A stretch of 64,000 nucleotides of DNA. Source: the human T2T-CHM13v2.0 reference genome, Homo sapiens. Both the position numbers and the translations under genes were made by a program. The notes under the pieces are model-generated. The model did no database searches and was not told where the DNA came from. It saw only the letters and a list, made by a program, of their open reading frames with translations. This document shows positions 42,250 to 58,437 of this stretch, in pieces. Numbering within the stretch: the first letter of the stretch is position 1; each line of letters begins with the position of its first letter. The stretch is taken from assembly GCF_009914755.1 (NCBI RefSeq), contig NC_060945.1. One strand, 5' to 3'.

Positions 42250-42744
42250 GCTGCTATTCCATTTTTCAACATTGCTGGAGCCCACATGGAGAATTAACTA
42301 GAGCTCATGGAGGCCGAAAGCCCAGGAGCTGAGTGAGAAGCTCCACAGGTGGTGTCTTGGCACAGACTTGAGCGGTACAGTTACTGCTACCATGACCCCC
42401 AGCAAGCTGATCCATAGAGATAACCAGCAGCCAGCTCATTCCATCTTAAACCCAGATGGATCCTGAATTATCTTCTATTACTTAAAAAAAAGAAAAAACT
42501 TATCTTCATTTTCCCTTTTGCACTGATACGAACAGACGTGGAGAGAAGATGCATCCAACAGTACCATATCTCCAGATAAAGAAGCAATGCTGAATCATTC
42601 CTTCAAAGTGAAAGTGTTTCAAAGAACCTGCTGCTTAATTCAACCTTTATTTCAGAGATACATTGAGTGTAAAATCATAATTTAGTGATAGCTTGAAGGA
42701 CTTCCTGAACTCACTAGGGTAAGAGTAGGTGGGGGATGGGGGTC

Positions 42745-43400
<656 letters not shown>

Positions 43401-44004
43401 AAGCTGGACAGTGAGCAGATGCTAGACAATGAGCAGAGACAGGGAGCTCAGTGCCCCCAGGCAAGACCAGCAGAACCCCACTCTTGGCATAAGAGGGTCC
43501 ACATGCTCTGAGTGGAGGCCTGAGGTCGTTCATCAACAGAGCAGCCACTTCAGGCCGAGGGTGAGTGGTGACTAAACTCCCTGCTTCCCACAGAGGAAGG
43601 GCCAAGCCACACAGCTCAGCAAACATCCATTTCCCTTCTCCTTCCTCCCATCTGACTTGCTGCTGACTGAGGAGACCCTGAGAGAGTCCCCACTCTGCCA
43701 CTGGGGTCACCTGCCCACTGAAGCCAAGAAAAGTCCCATCCAGCTCAGCTCCCCTGGCCAGCCCTGAACAGGCAAGGAAGCCCCTTGCTCTAGCAATTCT
43801 ATTTCTAACCCCCGCCCCCTCGAGGTTGACAGTCATCACCACTGAGGCCTATTTTATTAAAACCTGGGACAGGGGTATGTTCCCCTTCCACAGGTTCCCT
43901 TCCACCTAGATTAACCCTTTGCCTAATTGGCAGAGGTGTAGCAAATGAAGGCAGTTGAACCTGAGGGTGCTACCCTGAAAAAGCAGAAGTCCTTCCCTGT
44001 ATAT

Positions 44005-44144
44005 TCTTTTATTATTATTATTATCTTTAAAGACAGGGTCTCACTATGTTGCCCAGGCTGGTCTTGAATTCCCAGCCACAAGAGAACCTCCTGTCTCAGC
44101 CTCCCAAGTAGCTGTGATACAGGTGTGAGCCCACCACGCCCAGC
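44005..44144 (-). mobile_element. FLAM (Alu monomer)
   Basis: Antisense monomer. TSD CTTCCCTGTATA(T/C)TCTT. Confidence 0.88.
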
Positions 44145-44739
44145 CTTCCCTGTATACTCTTATCGTTGTCCTTGACCTCAAGCCTTCCCTTGAAAGTAAC
44201 TATAGGCCTATGTACCCCAAACCTCTGTGCAACCTCTGGTCACTTACCTATGAACACTCCACTCTGCCCCCTTAAATTTCACTCCCCTATATGCTCAGTG
44301 ATCGCCATTCTGGGGCTGGTGCCGTGGAAAGAAGGGATATATACGAGGATCAAGGATGATTTGCACTCTGTAAAATATTGCATTTATATTCCACACCAGC
44401 TTGAATTAAACCCTCCAGATTTGTAGGAATTACCTTTCTTACTGAGGTTTGATTACTTCTATGATTTTGATCTACCAGGAGAAAAAAGAAAATGTACAAG
44501 ATATAAATTTAAAAAACAGAAAAGGTAGCTCCAGATATCTTAAAATATTTTTCTTAATACAGAACATATAGATCCTAATTGCCTTCAAACAGCTATCGCC
44601 CTGTGGATGAAATAGAGATATCTTTATTTTTAATAAACAACAAGAAAAGAATCCTTTATGCGGTGTTCGCGTGGAAGCACCAAACATCTTGCCATGCCAA
44701 GGATCAAATAACTTTATTAATTGACCAATTAAAGCCTTA

Positions 44740-45010
44740 ACCATTCCTACTATAGTCCAAGAATATTCAATAACATGGGGAAAATATTTGTACAACAATG
44801 TTAAGGGGTAAACAGTAGAATTCAGAATTATCTATTACATAATATATGTATAATCACACACAATTATTCTGTACAGGCACAAAAAATGAAATACTTTAAA
44901 TAATGGTCATTATAGCTGAATGATGAGTTCCAGGCAATTCCAGCATGTTTCTGTATTTTCCCAATTTATTAAAATAAGCTTATATTACTTTTTTAATCAG
45001 AGAAAAAAGT
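44740..45010 (+). mobile_element. L1ME-type 3' relic
   Basis: aataacatggggaaaatatttgtac...tttctgtattttcccaattt...tattacttttttaatcagagaaaaa. Confidence 0.55.
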
Positions 45011-46431
45011 TACATTGTATCTTAACCATTTAACAATTATATATCTACTTTATAAGTATATGAATATCCAACTAATTTTACATACCAGGCTGCTAGCCCA
45101 TTAGGAAAATTTTATAACCAACCCCAAAAGTTATTACAAACTGTGCACTGGAACCCATAGAAGCTCAAGATATACAACTGCAAACAAAAATTAAAGAAAA
45201 TATATGAGGTGTTATCACTTCAGCAAGGATAGTTTTTGGTAATTGATTCTGTTTTAGTGTGCCACTAGAAATATATCCTCTTCATTTATGTCCTCTCTTG
45301 CTTTCTCTGAGTGTATAAAATGACAGCTTATGCGGAAATCAAGTCGAGGTCAAATTACCAATATTCTGTAAGTGGCTGGAGGTCAGAATTACCTCCTAAA
45401 GAGCCCTGAGCCCCAGAGTGAGTTTCTATTTATTCAGCATTCTACTTCCCAATCTCAGCTAACAAGGAAAAAAAAAAAAAAAAAGGAGAAAGGGGCAAAA
45501 TGGGTTCCAAACTCAGGGTTCAGCCTGTGTTTTCAAATGACCAAGAAAAACAAAGGCATATGCAGGCACAACCAGACAGAGTACAGGGTAGAAGTCCCTT
45601 GTATTTGTAAAGGCAAATGTTTGATTAGTTCTATTCAGCTTGAATAATTCTAGTTGTGTGATATAAGAAAAAGAGAAAAAACTGTACCCTGGCAAACAGC
45701 TAAGAAATCCTTAATGGGCTTTGAGGGTTCCCTATATTCATTATATTTTTAATGTAACGGGCAGCCACCATGTGCCATGCATACTGCTAGAAACATAAGA
45801 TGCCATGAGAATGTGGCCCTAGATCCTTGGAAGAGTGGGGCTACTTCTTTCCCAATTGTTGAATCTTTTTATGTCTATTTTTGGTTTTAATACATGTTAT
45901 GGAAGCATAATCGTCCTTCCAAAAATACTTGGTAACCAACATTGGTTTAATGGTGTATAAAATTTATTTTGGCTTTAACAAGGCATCTGGATCACAGATT
46001 CCTATAAAGGTTGCAAAGTCAGGCCCCAAGTGATACAGTCCATGGGACACTGCCTTTCCCATCCCTATCCATTCCTCCTGCTCCTACTCCCAGCTGCCTT
46101 GTGAGAAAAGGTCAGTTGTACTGGTTTGCCCAGGATAATGAAATGTCACTGAATGAGCTGCTATAACACTAACTATTTTTACTGCTTTTGCATGTTCCTT
46201 TCTACTTTTATCTCATCTTTGAAAGATGTTTTACGACATCTTTGCAAGATGAATGGAAAAGGCAATGGGGCATGCACTGAAATGTGGACTATGCTAAAGC
46301 TTTGCAACTCAAGACCAAATTCCACATTGATACTTCCTAGTCACTTCCATAGTCTGCTTGCTGCTTTCCCTGCCTCCTCCACCCTATCCCACCCCAACCA
46401 ATTCAGATGGACTTCAAAAATTCAAGTCCAG

Positions 46432-46770
46432 TAGGGCACAGTAGCTTATACCAGTAATCCCAATGCTTTCAGAGGCCAAGTCAGGAGATCACTTGAGGCC
46501 AGGAGTTCAAGACCAGCCCAGGCAACACAGTAAGACCCTGTCTCTACAAAAAATATAAATAAATAAAAATTTTAAATTAGCTGAGCATGGTTGTGGGTGC
46601 CTGTAGTCCCAGCTACTTGGGAGGCTGAGGCAAGAGTATTACTTGAGCCCAGGAGTTTGAGGTTATAATGAGCTATGATTGCACCACTTCACTCCAGCCT
46701 GGGTGACAGAGTAAGACCCTATCTCTAAAATGAATGAATAAATGAATGAATGAATGAATAAATAAATAAA
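46432..46770 (+). mobile_element. AluJ with (AATG)n/(AAAT)n tail
   Basis: acttgagcccaggagtttgaggttataatgagc (J type). Confidence 0.92.
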
Positions 46771-47696
46771 TGGATTAATTAAAAAAACAATCAAATCTGA
46801 TAATGATATTACCTGGCCTAATCCTTTCCAATGGTTCCATGTCACTTACCAAGGACAGTCAGAACTGCTCATGCATATTCCAGGCCTTTCTGGTCATCCC
46901 TGCTGGCTCCGTCCCCACTCCTGCAGCCAATGTGACAGCCCCACACCTGTGCACATGCATTCCCCAAACCCGCACCATCCTCATCCCATCTCATCACCAG
47001 AAGAGCAACTCCTATCTGCACAAGCATCCCATCTTCCATGAAACATGTTTCTTAGAAAAATGTTTAATTAGGAAAGAAATTTAAATCAGTACCTTCTTTG
47101 AAGAAGACCGGAGGGATGGGTTTGGCCCTGGAGAGAAAGTTATACCCAATCTTAGAGAATCTTACCCTGCTTTTTCTTTTATTCAGTACCCAGTAACTAC
47201 TGATGAGGTGGACTCTGTACCACACATTGATTTCACTACTAAAGCCCCAGGAGAATAGACAAGTCCTGGAACCATCGGGGCTGGCAAGACTTTATGGGAA
47301 AATGTGCATAGAAGTAAAACATGCAAACAAGGTATTTTGAGTCCTTGTGAAATATACTTCTGCAGAAGTATATCTTCCACTTTCATCACTGTCCCCAAGA
47401 ACGTTTGGGGAATAAGGTGGCCACTTGGATAGCTAAGCTGCAAAACCATCAGATGATACATGTAAATGGCAGGTTTAAGAGAAAGAATAGCTCCCAGTCC
47501 AGCAATCCACCCATGGGGTTGGATTACCATGTCGAAAGACAAAATGTGCTCCTTGTAAACTAGAGTGGCCAGCCATGGAATCTGCCCAGCCTGTGGGCAA
47601 ATGTTGGCAGGCCCCATCTAAGCACTGTGCAGGGAAGGGGCTGGCCCAAGGACTCCAGCTGCCTGGCCCAGGGGCAGCTCTATCTAAATGAAAGAG

Positions 47697-48144
47697 TGTA
47701 TTAATTTCCTAGAGCTGCCATAACAAATTAGCACAAACTGAGTGGTTAAAAACAACAGAATTGTATGGTTTCACAGTTTTGGAAGCCAGAAATCTGATAT
47801 CAAGGTGTCATCAGGGTTGGCTACTTCTACAGGCTCTGAGGGACAGTGCATTCCATGCCTCTTTCTAGCTTCTGGGGGCTGTCAGGAATCCTTGACACTC
47901 CTTGGCTTGTAGCTTCAGAACTCCAATCTCTGCATCTGTCTTCACATGGCCTTCTTTTCTTCTCTTGTAAGGATATAGAATTTGTAAATTGACACTGGAT
48001 TTAGGGCACACCTAATCAAGGATGATTTCATCTTGAAATCCTTAACATAATTACATCTGCAAAGACTCTTTTTCCAAATAGGGTCACATTTATAGGGCTC
48101 AGGTGGACACACCTTTTGAGTGGCTCACCATTCAATCCACTGCA
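47697..48144 (-). mobile_element. MLT1C-like LTR
   Basis: TGTATTAATTTCCTAGAGCTGCCATAACAAATTAGCACAAACTG...attcaatccactgca. Confidence 0.88.
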
Positions 48145-49110
48145 GAAAGCATACATTATTCTGACTGAACCTTTGCCACTGATACCCCCAGTTCTGAATC
48201 CAAGCTGATCACACTTCTTTCTGATTGTGATTTCATTCCCCAGGTAGTCAGACCTGCCTGGCATTTTTGAGAATCCAGGCTCTGTGCAGTTACATTTCTT
48301 GTAAAAAATCAATGGATTGGAGATCCGGTTTTACACTTGAGTCTCATGAGAGAGGTGTGTGTCTGTGCTAGAGAGAGAAACAAAACCATCTCTTAATGTG
48401 TTCAGCCAATCTTCTCTGAGCCTGCCAGCCTAGGGCCAAACCCAAGCCTGGCAAATTCTCCAAGGTAAGCCATCCTGGGAGGGCCCTGGAGACACTGCCT
48501 ATCTGCAAAAGACCCTCTGCTATGCGTGGCCAAGTGAGGACCGAGAATCAGTGCGAACTAGAGCTTCTCAATGAGCCAGTAGTCACCCCCGATCCTTCCA
48601 CCCTATGTCTGTGCTGACCAATGGGGTGCACAGTAGTGTGCACTAATGATGTGACCCCTTGGATTATCCTTTTGGAAGATGAAGAGTGGAGCCAGTCAAG
48701 AGGCAGAAGAAGAGATAAAGAAGAACCTTAAAGACCATCCTGACTCCCCATGAACTGTCTCAGATTGAGCGATGCCCACTGTTCAAACACAAGTGTGACC
48801 AACCCATGGCCAGGTAGCTGCTGCCTGAGAAGTAAGGGCCCTCTGCCCTGGAATTTCACCTGCAGCCTCTCCTCCCCAAATACACTCTGCCATGTGTCGT
48901 TGAACCTGAAATCATAGTTTCTAAGCCTCTCTCAGCTACTGTCAAAAAAGCCAATAGGAATAGATCTACATTAAGACTTTTTAACCCATTTTGTGTTGCT
49001 AGTTTTGTAATTGCTGTTGGTGTTTTTACATGATTTCCAAAAGATCTGGCTTCCTGGAGAAGCTGGCAGTTTTCCAGTGATCAAAACTATTCTGTGATAA
49101 GAAAAGGATT

Positions 49111-49395
49111 GGCCGGGCGCAGTGGTTCACACTTGTAATCCCAGCACTTTGGGAGGCCAAGATGGATGGATCACTTGAGGTCAAGAGCTCGAGACTAGCC
49201 TGGCCAACACTATGAAACCCCGTCTCTGCTAAAAACACAAAAACTGCCAGGTGAGGTGGCAGGTGCCTGTAATCCCAGCTACTCGGGAAGCTGAGGCCTT
49301 GAAACCAGGAGGTAGAAGTTGCAGTGAGCCGAGATTATGCCACTGCACTCCAGCCTGGGCAAAAGAACGAGACCCTGTCTCAAAAAAAAAAAAAA
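49111..49395 (+). mobile_element. AluS (small right-arm deletion)
   Basis: ggccgggcgcagtggttcacac...A-tail. Confidence 0.94.
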
Positions 49396-51723
49396 TGATT
49401 AGGAATTAAGATTAAAGGTCACAATGACACTATGTGTGTGTCCTCAGGGAAGACATTTCAGCAGAGAGATAAAAGCTTCCGGGTGCTTTCATCTGTGAGT
49501 TTCCAACAAACCTGTGAGCCTCCAGCAGTTGTAGAAATTCTCAGACGAGATATGAACTCATTTCCAGACCCACGGACATTGAAATAGGGAAGAAGGACCT
49601 GATGTGAAAGGACAGAGGTAAGGGCCAGTTTGTAGCACTAGAGCCAATAACTGGGAACCTCATAACTCCAACTGAGTCATCCTGGCTCATGCTTCTGAAG
49701 TTAATTTAACTTAAAGAAATATGTTTTTCTTTATGGATGAAGTGCATGGGTCTGTGCTGGGTGTCCTGCCCAGCTTCCCTTCATTTTCTGTGCCAAAATC
49801 AGCCAAAATGCTGTGTCTGTCCATCACTTTTGGCCAATCAAGCAGAAATGCAGGGGCTAGAAGCTCTAGCACATTCCTGTCCCATTTCCTCTCTGTCCCC
49901 CATGATAACAACATCAGCAGGAGATTGTCCAAAACTGGCAGTGGTTTCTGGAGGGAAGGAAATGGCTTCCTAGTGGGAAGGATCAGGGCAAAGGCTATGC
50001 ATGCTTTTGCTTTTCATGTCAGACCCAATGCCTCTGTGCCACTGCCCGATAGAAAAGAAAGATTGTGGAGGACGTAAGTGCTAGAATCATCACATGAACA
50101 TCTTCAGGGACAATGTTCTAGAGGCTCACCTCTATGGTCCTTCAGATGGGAAATAGCAATATCATTTCAGGAAATATCAATGAATTTAATAACTAAACAT
50201 TTCCTGTAAAGAGATAAAGGAAAGAATGACACATTCAGCTGGCAAAAACTTTGGTGTCTAATATATGCCAACTCTTCCTTCTCTAAAGGCTTCAAAAGTC
50301 AAGGCCCATGTGAATACAGAAACATCACTGATTGAGATGAGCATGGTTATTCAATATACTTCTGCCATAATGACACTTCCAAATGCTATCTAAGAGTTTT
50401 TCTGCAAGGAGTTTGGAATCGCTCATGTAAACCCATTGATATTTTTGTTACATTGCAAGGTTTTTCCCCTAAAGTAAGGATCAGACAACAGCCTTCAATG
50501 ATAATTTTTTAAAAAGCTTCCTGCTTTTTTTTTTATGGAAGTTTTCTTTTTCAAAGGTGAAGGATGTTGTTTCTCATGATAGCTTTGTTGCCACCAACAG
50601 AAACTCAAAGTAGAGATCTAGAGGTGAATCAGGTAGGATTACCTACATTGCTGTTCTTGGAACGCAGCTCCACTTATGGGAGAATTGTCAACTATTTTAA
50701 TATTCTATTTTCCAGGAAAACATAGTCCCATGTTCAACAGAAGCCCAGAAAATTCCAAAGCAGACAATCAACAAAGCAGACTCTGTCACCAGGCAAGATA
50801 CAACTACATCTGGGTCAACAACATGAAGAAATACGTTATCACTGTGTAAATACGAACAGTTCCAGGAAACAGATCTTTGCATTCCTGCCTTTTGTTTCAC
50901 TGAAACCAGGACATGGAGCTCATGCTTCCAGACAAATGTCAAGTCTACTTTGACCCTGGCTTTCCCCAAGTACATGAACCCTCCAGGGAGGCAGAGAGTT
51001 GCCTGGCTGAAACCAAAGAATCTTCTGGCCACCCCCAAACCTGCCCCTGGCAGTGGCCTATACAAAGTAAGTCTGAGAAATGTAATACATCTTAGGAATG
51101 CACCTGGAAAATAGCAATATTATATCCACCCAGGGAAAAGTCTTCCTGGGGATTAGAGTGGGCTCTGAAATTTGAGGCTTCTCAAGCTTTCATAATTGTT
51201 ATCCCAATTAATGTAACTGCAGACACCATTCTTATATTCCCAGGTACAATAATGTCCCGTTCCTTTGAAGCTCATCAAGCCATTTGCTTCAACACTTGAG
51301 GAGGCAAGCCCCAAGGTTAACAGCCCTCCACGTGAGCCTCTCATCTGCCTGCTGTACAAATGTGTTTTCTTTGCATTTCAGTCATGCCCTGACCTTGGAG
51401 AGGACGATGTAAAGGGGAATGCCTAATTAACTTTCCATTTATAAACCAATTATTTTACTATTGGCACCTTCATTCTGCAATCACTGACATAAAATCTTTT
51501 ACAAAACAAAATGTAATAAATGAGAAATCGATTGGATTTTTTTTAAGTTTGCTTTGAAGTCAGCCATTAATAAGAAATGTCCTTTAATAAGAGAGATCTG
51601 TCTATAGAAGTTCCTCGACGTCAGAGCCCAGCTGTGCGGCTGCTGGAGGAGACGAAGCCGCATTCAATCAAGGCTTTGGAACTCTTCCTTGTTCATCTTT
51701 AACTGCAAGGACAGAGGCGTACT

Positions 51724-51874
51724 ATTTTTCTTTTTTTTTTTTTTTTTTTTTTTTGGTAGAGAGGGGGGTCTCCGTAGGTTGCTCAGGCTGGTCTCAATCT
51801 CCTGGACTCAAGCAATTCTCCTGTCTTGGCCTCCCAAAGTGCTGAGATTACAGGTGTGAGCCACCACACCCAGC
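51724..51874 (-). mobile_element. Alu left monomer (FLAM_C/AluJ)
   Basis: Poly-T followed by gtagagagggggtctcc...ctcccaaagtgctgagattacaggtgtgagccacc. Confidence 0.88.
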
Positions 51875-52004
51875 CAGTACCAGAACTACTGCTTTTCTCC
51901 TTAAAAAAGAGGGAAAGAATGTTTTCACATAGATCTTCATGTGCTAAAATCACACCAAAAACTCATGCAAGGTCAATGAAGAACAAAGTTCTCTGCTCCC
52001 ACCA

Positions 52005-52360
52005 CAGAATCTTTGCATTGACTGTCACTGTCCCGGACACTCTTTCCCAGAGGTCAGCATGGTTCTCTCCTTTATCTTCTTCAGTTCATCATCAAGTGTC
52101 ACCTTTTGGTGAGACCTTCCCTCACCACCCTACTGACAACTATAAACCAGCAGCCCCGACATCTGCATCCCTTCTCCACCCTGCTTTCCTCCATAGCACT
52201 CCCATGCTTGACATTCTTTACATTGGGTCTACTCCTCCCTTTTGATTATTCCACGCCTCCCCACCATGAGAATGTAAGCTCCATGAGGACAGGAAGATCC
52301 CAGCAACACCTAGAACAGAAGCCAACATAGAGCCAGCACTCAATAAATATAATGAGACGT
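52005..52360 (+). mobile_element. L2 3' fragment
   Basis: gagaccttccctcaccacccta...agaatgtaagctccatgaggacagg...cactcaataaatat. Confidence 0.75.
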
Positions 52361-52675
52361 ATACATAAAGTATTTACAATGGAAAGTCAAAATACCGCTG
52401 CCCATCATGAGCAAGTCATTCCCCTTCTCCCCACAAAGATAGACAGTGTGGTGAAGCCACTGCCCAGGTGAGTCGAGAACAAAGAAGAGAGAGAAAAACT
52501 GCTCCTGTTCTCCAACATCAGATACAAAGCACCGTGCCTTCCATGTCACCTGGGAGCCCAGACTCAGGCAGCTACCATGATCCCTGCCCACACCTCCACC
52601 TGAAACTCCAGAGGGAAGAGGGGTAATGTTCCCTCTGGCTTCTAGCTTGCTCGTGGCTTGCTGGTGAGTTGTATC

Positions 52676-52960
52676 CAGGGCCAGCTCCATGGGAACTGCT
52701 GTAGTCACACCCAGGGTCCCATACTCAGAAGAGTCCCAAGCTTGGTTTCATGCTCTGCTGTGGCCGTCTGGAAATTCTTTCCAATTTTACCTTTGAACTT
52801 GGGACAGTGGAGCATGCATATGAGCAGAAGAGATTCATAAAACCAAAAGAAAAACTTTATATTTTAGTACCTTTAGCAGCACTTTTTTCTCTGCTTTTTC
52901 AACAAGCAGATCCACATTTTCTTTTTGTACTGAGCCCTAAAAATTACGTAGTTGGTCCTG
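52676..52960. mobile_element. MER45-like hAT-Tip100 element
   Basis: Termini CAGGGCCAGC...GTTGGTCCTG. Internal ccacattttctttttgtactgagccc. Confidence 0.7.
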
Positions 52961-53669
52961 GATGCATTCATGTTCTTTGTGGAGGGAAAACTTTCTAAGG
53001 TGGAGAAAATCCACTCTGTCTAATGGTTCTGTTCTCCCAACTTGATAGAGGTGTGGCCATCTCTTTCTGGCTAACAACAGCAACAACAAAGCTTAGATTC
53101 TAATAAATCCCAAATCAAGGAGAATAATTGAGCTGATTAGTTGCTTTGAAGGAAAGAAATAATACAGAAAATTCTTTTATAAAAATAATTACTGGAAATT
53201 TTAATAAGCTAATTTAATAAATTTTCCCAGCTAATAAGAGTAGCTGGGAAACTACTTTTGTTGTTGGGAAGCTATTTTTGTTGTTTGGAAACTTCAGAAA
53301 GTTATTTACTGAAGTCATATGACAATTTCTACTACATGTGCACCATGTACCAAAAGGGAATTGTTTAATCCACCTCTTCCCAAGGGCAGAGTCAGGATTC
53401 GTGGACATAAAACCCAAGGCTTTACAAATACTGAAGAGAACTTGGCTATTCAACAATTATGTGTATTAACAAAAGGCAAAATGCATCATTAATTCTATAA
53501 CTTTCTAATTTTGAGAAAACTCCATAGACTCACAGGTTAAATTAAAATAGAAAAAATTTAAATGAATTGCTAAAATGTAAAAGTTAGATGGATCATTCGT
53601 ATGTTGAATGATAATGATATCCAAATTTGATAAATTTCAAAAGATCAAAAAGTTTAACTTCATATAACT

Positions 53670-53968
53670 TGTGATGGTTAATACTGAGTGTCAACTTGAT
53701 TGGATTGAAGGATACAAAGTATTGATCCTGGGTGTGTCTGTGAGGGTGTTGCCGAAAGAGATTAACATTTGAGTCAGTAGGGTGGGGAAGGCAGATTCAC
53801 CCTTAACCTGGAGGACACAATCTAATCAGCTGCCAACAAACAAAAAGCAGGCAGAAAAACGTGAAAAGGAAAGACTGGCCTAGCCTCCCAGCCTACGTCT
53901 TTCTCCCGTGCTGGATGCTCCCTGCCCTCAGACATCAGACTGCAAGTTCTTCAGTTTTAGGACTCAGA

Positions 53969-54035
<67 letters not shown>

Positions 54036-54124
54036 CACATATACATATATTTATATATATACACACATATACATATATATACGTATCTTCTATTAGTTCT
54101 GCCCCTCTAGAGAACCCTAATACA
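53670..54124 (+). mobile_element. MLT2A1/MLT2A2 (HERVL) solo LTR with internal (TA)/(CA) microsatellite
   Basis: TGTGATGGTTAATACTGAGTGTCAACTTGATTGGATTGAAGGATACAAAG start. Ends ctagagaaccctaataca. Microsatellite at 53971-54080. Confidence 0.93.
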
Positions 54125-54322
54125 CCAACAGAGTCATATTTTCCCAATTTGTCAATCCTTCCCTATTTCTCTGTCTCTACTATTCTATAAAAGATAATAC
54201 AAGACCTAGGAAATAAAATCAAACACCTACAGAAGTCAGACATGTAACATAAACATGTGAACCAGGCTGAATACAAGACAGAAGGGGTAAGACAGTGGGA
54301 CTGCATGTGTACCTTCTAAAAC

Positions 54323-54622
54323 TTTTTTTTTTTTTTTTTTTTGAGGCAGAATCTTCCTTTGTCACCCAAGCTGGAGCACAGTGACGCAATCTCAGTTCAC
54401 TGCAACCTCCACCTCCTAGGTTCAAGCAATTCTCCTGCCTCAGGCTCCCAAGTAGCTGGGATTACAGGCATGCACCACCACACCCAGCTAATTTTTGTAT
54501 TTTTAGTAGAGACGTGGTTTCACCATTTTGGCCAGGCTGGTCTCAAACTCCTGACCTCAAGTGATCCACTCGCCTCAGCTTCCCAAAGTGCTGGAATTAC
54601 AGGTGTCAGCCACCATGCCTGC
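54323..54622 (-). mobile_element. AluS
   Basis: Antisense dimeric Alu. Confidence 0.95.
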
Positions 54623-54674
54623 CCACTTTTTTTAATCAAGGAATCTTCTGAATTTTTAATCAAATCAGGATCTT

Positions 54675-55425
54675 CTGAAAAGCATAAACCAGGGCAGGAT
54701 TCAATGTACAAGTAATTTATTAAGAGAAGCGCCTATGAGTCTCTTATTCAGGCTGCTATAACAAAATATCATAGACTAGGTGGCTTATTAACAGCTGAAC
54801 ATGATTTCTCACAGTGCCAGAGGCTGAAAGTTGGACATCAGGATGCCAGCAGCAGTGTTAGGTTCTGGGGAGGGCTCTCTTCTGGGTTGCAGGCAGCTGA
54901 CTTCTTGTTACATCTTCATATGGCAAGACAGGACAAAAGAACTCTCTGAGTGTCTTTAAAGGGAACTAATACCATTCATGAGGCTCCACCCTCATGACCT
55001 AATCACCTCCCAAAGGCCATCACATTGAGATTAGAGTTTCAACATATGAATCTGGGGGGCAAAGACATTCAGTCCATAACAGAGACAACATGAGGAGCAG
55101 GCTACTAGAGATGTTAGACCATCGTGTAGGTCTGACCTGCATGAAGGAGAGAGGGAAGGAAGCAAGGTGAATTAGATGCTTCCTCAACTACAGTGCATTT
55201 CTCCAGGAAGTTCTGCAAGGCCAGTTGGGAGGCATCAAGCCACAGTCAGAGGCATCACCTCTCCCAGAAACAGGCCTGTCTGGGTATCCCACCTTGCTCA
55301 GTCATGAAAAGCAAGGTCTCGGGCCGATCAGTGATGGATTTCAAAGCACAGCAGCTGGGGCTGTTGGTCAACGATGCCAACTGCAGTCATAGATCTGAGG
55401 CCATTCTCATATTCTCCATAGTGCC
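54675..55425 (-). mobile_element. LTR16-like ERVL LTR interrupted by MLT1A
   Basis: caggattcaatgtacaagtaatttattaagaga and gtaggtctgacctgcatgaaggagagagggaagg...gcagcagctggggctgttggtca. Confidence 0.6.
54737..55081 (-). mobile_element. MLT1A0-like LTR
   Basis: attcaggctgctataacaaaatatcatagactaggtggctta...catgacctaatcacctcccaaaggcc...cagtccataaca. Confidence 0.88.
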
Positions 55426-56289
55426 CAATAGAATACACCTGAAGGCTAGCAATCTGAGCCTGCCTAGGCCCTTGTTAAACTCTCATGCTTCATTCTCTCA
55501 CCAACTGTCATCTCTCCATGCCTATACCTCACTACCGACCAAATGAAAGTGTAGCTATCCATTCCATTCAGAAACATGGAAAGAATTCATTCCTTGAAAA
55601 ACAGACCTTGCAGGACCTGTGCTAGGAGCAGACACAACTTCTAAACAAGCTGTCCTTACAGATCTGTTGGAAATCAGTCACTGGAGCTGCCTTCAGGCCA
55701 GAAAGTTTGCATCAGGTGTTCAGGTTGTTCTGTTTCCCCACAGAGGTCACAATGCCCTTGACTGAATGTGGCTCCATGGTTGGATAACTTATGCAGGAAT
55801 AAACCACAATTAAAAAAATAATAACAAATGTTTATGCCAGCTTTTGAATCATAAAGCAATTTCCCATCCTTTCCTTTTCATACAGAAAAGTGTTCCCCTT
55901 AGGAAACTTCCAATGATGCCACTGATTCTTCCATGGATGCAAAAAATTGTGTTAGTGTTGTATTTTCAAGGTTGAGAAGGAAAAAACAAAAACAGCACTA
56001 GCAAACCGAGAACCTGTGAAAATATCGGTGGTAGTGTTGCCACACAGAGAGACTGAAAATATAATGGCTGCATTCCCCAAGGTAGTCTCAAGTTACCAAA
56101 ATCATTCTGTGGAAGGCCGAGAGAAAATAAAGGAAAAGATCCCTGTAAATACGGAAGCAGTGAAGAGAGTAGCAATAGAAGGGCAGCCCTTTAAAAACAA
56201 AGGAATTATAAAACATGAAGGAAGACTAACAGCTAAGCCTTCAGAGGAACCAGAAGAAAACAGGCAACTGCCAGAAAGCCCAAGAACCC

Positions 56290-57560
<1,271 letters not shown>

Positions 57561-57699
57561 TCAATTGATCCATTGATTGACTGATTGCTAAGTACCAGAA
57601 TATTATAAAGCCATAAGCCAGAATATTATAAATCCATAAGCCATCTTTCCAGGGGCAGAAATAAATATCAAATGTAGATAAAGGCTAATAGGTAAATAT

Positions 57700-58378
<679 letters not shown>

Positions 58379-58437
58379 GACCCATAGCATTTTAAAGTAA
58401 AGGTTCATAAAAGTTGAAAAAAGGTAAGTTAGGAGGT

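Noticed and set aside
51610-51720. Small CpG patch with GACGTCA (CRE-like)
   Set aside because: Too short for a CpG island, with an imperfect CRE and no supporting promoter features.
57595-57640. 23-bp tandem duplication CCAGAATATTATAAA(G/T)CCATAAG, and similar short duplications near 33880 and 54627
   Set aside because: Ordinary slippage duplications with no further structure.
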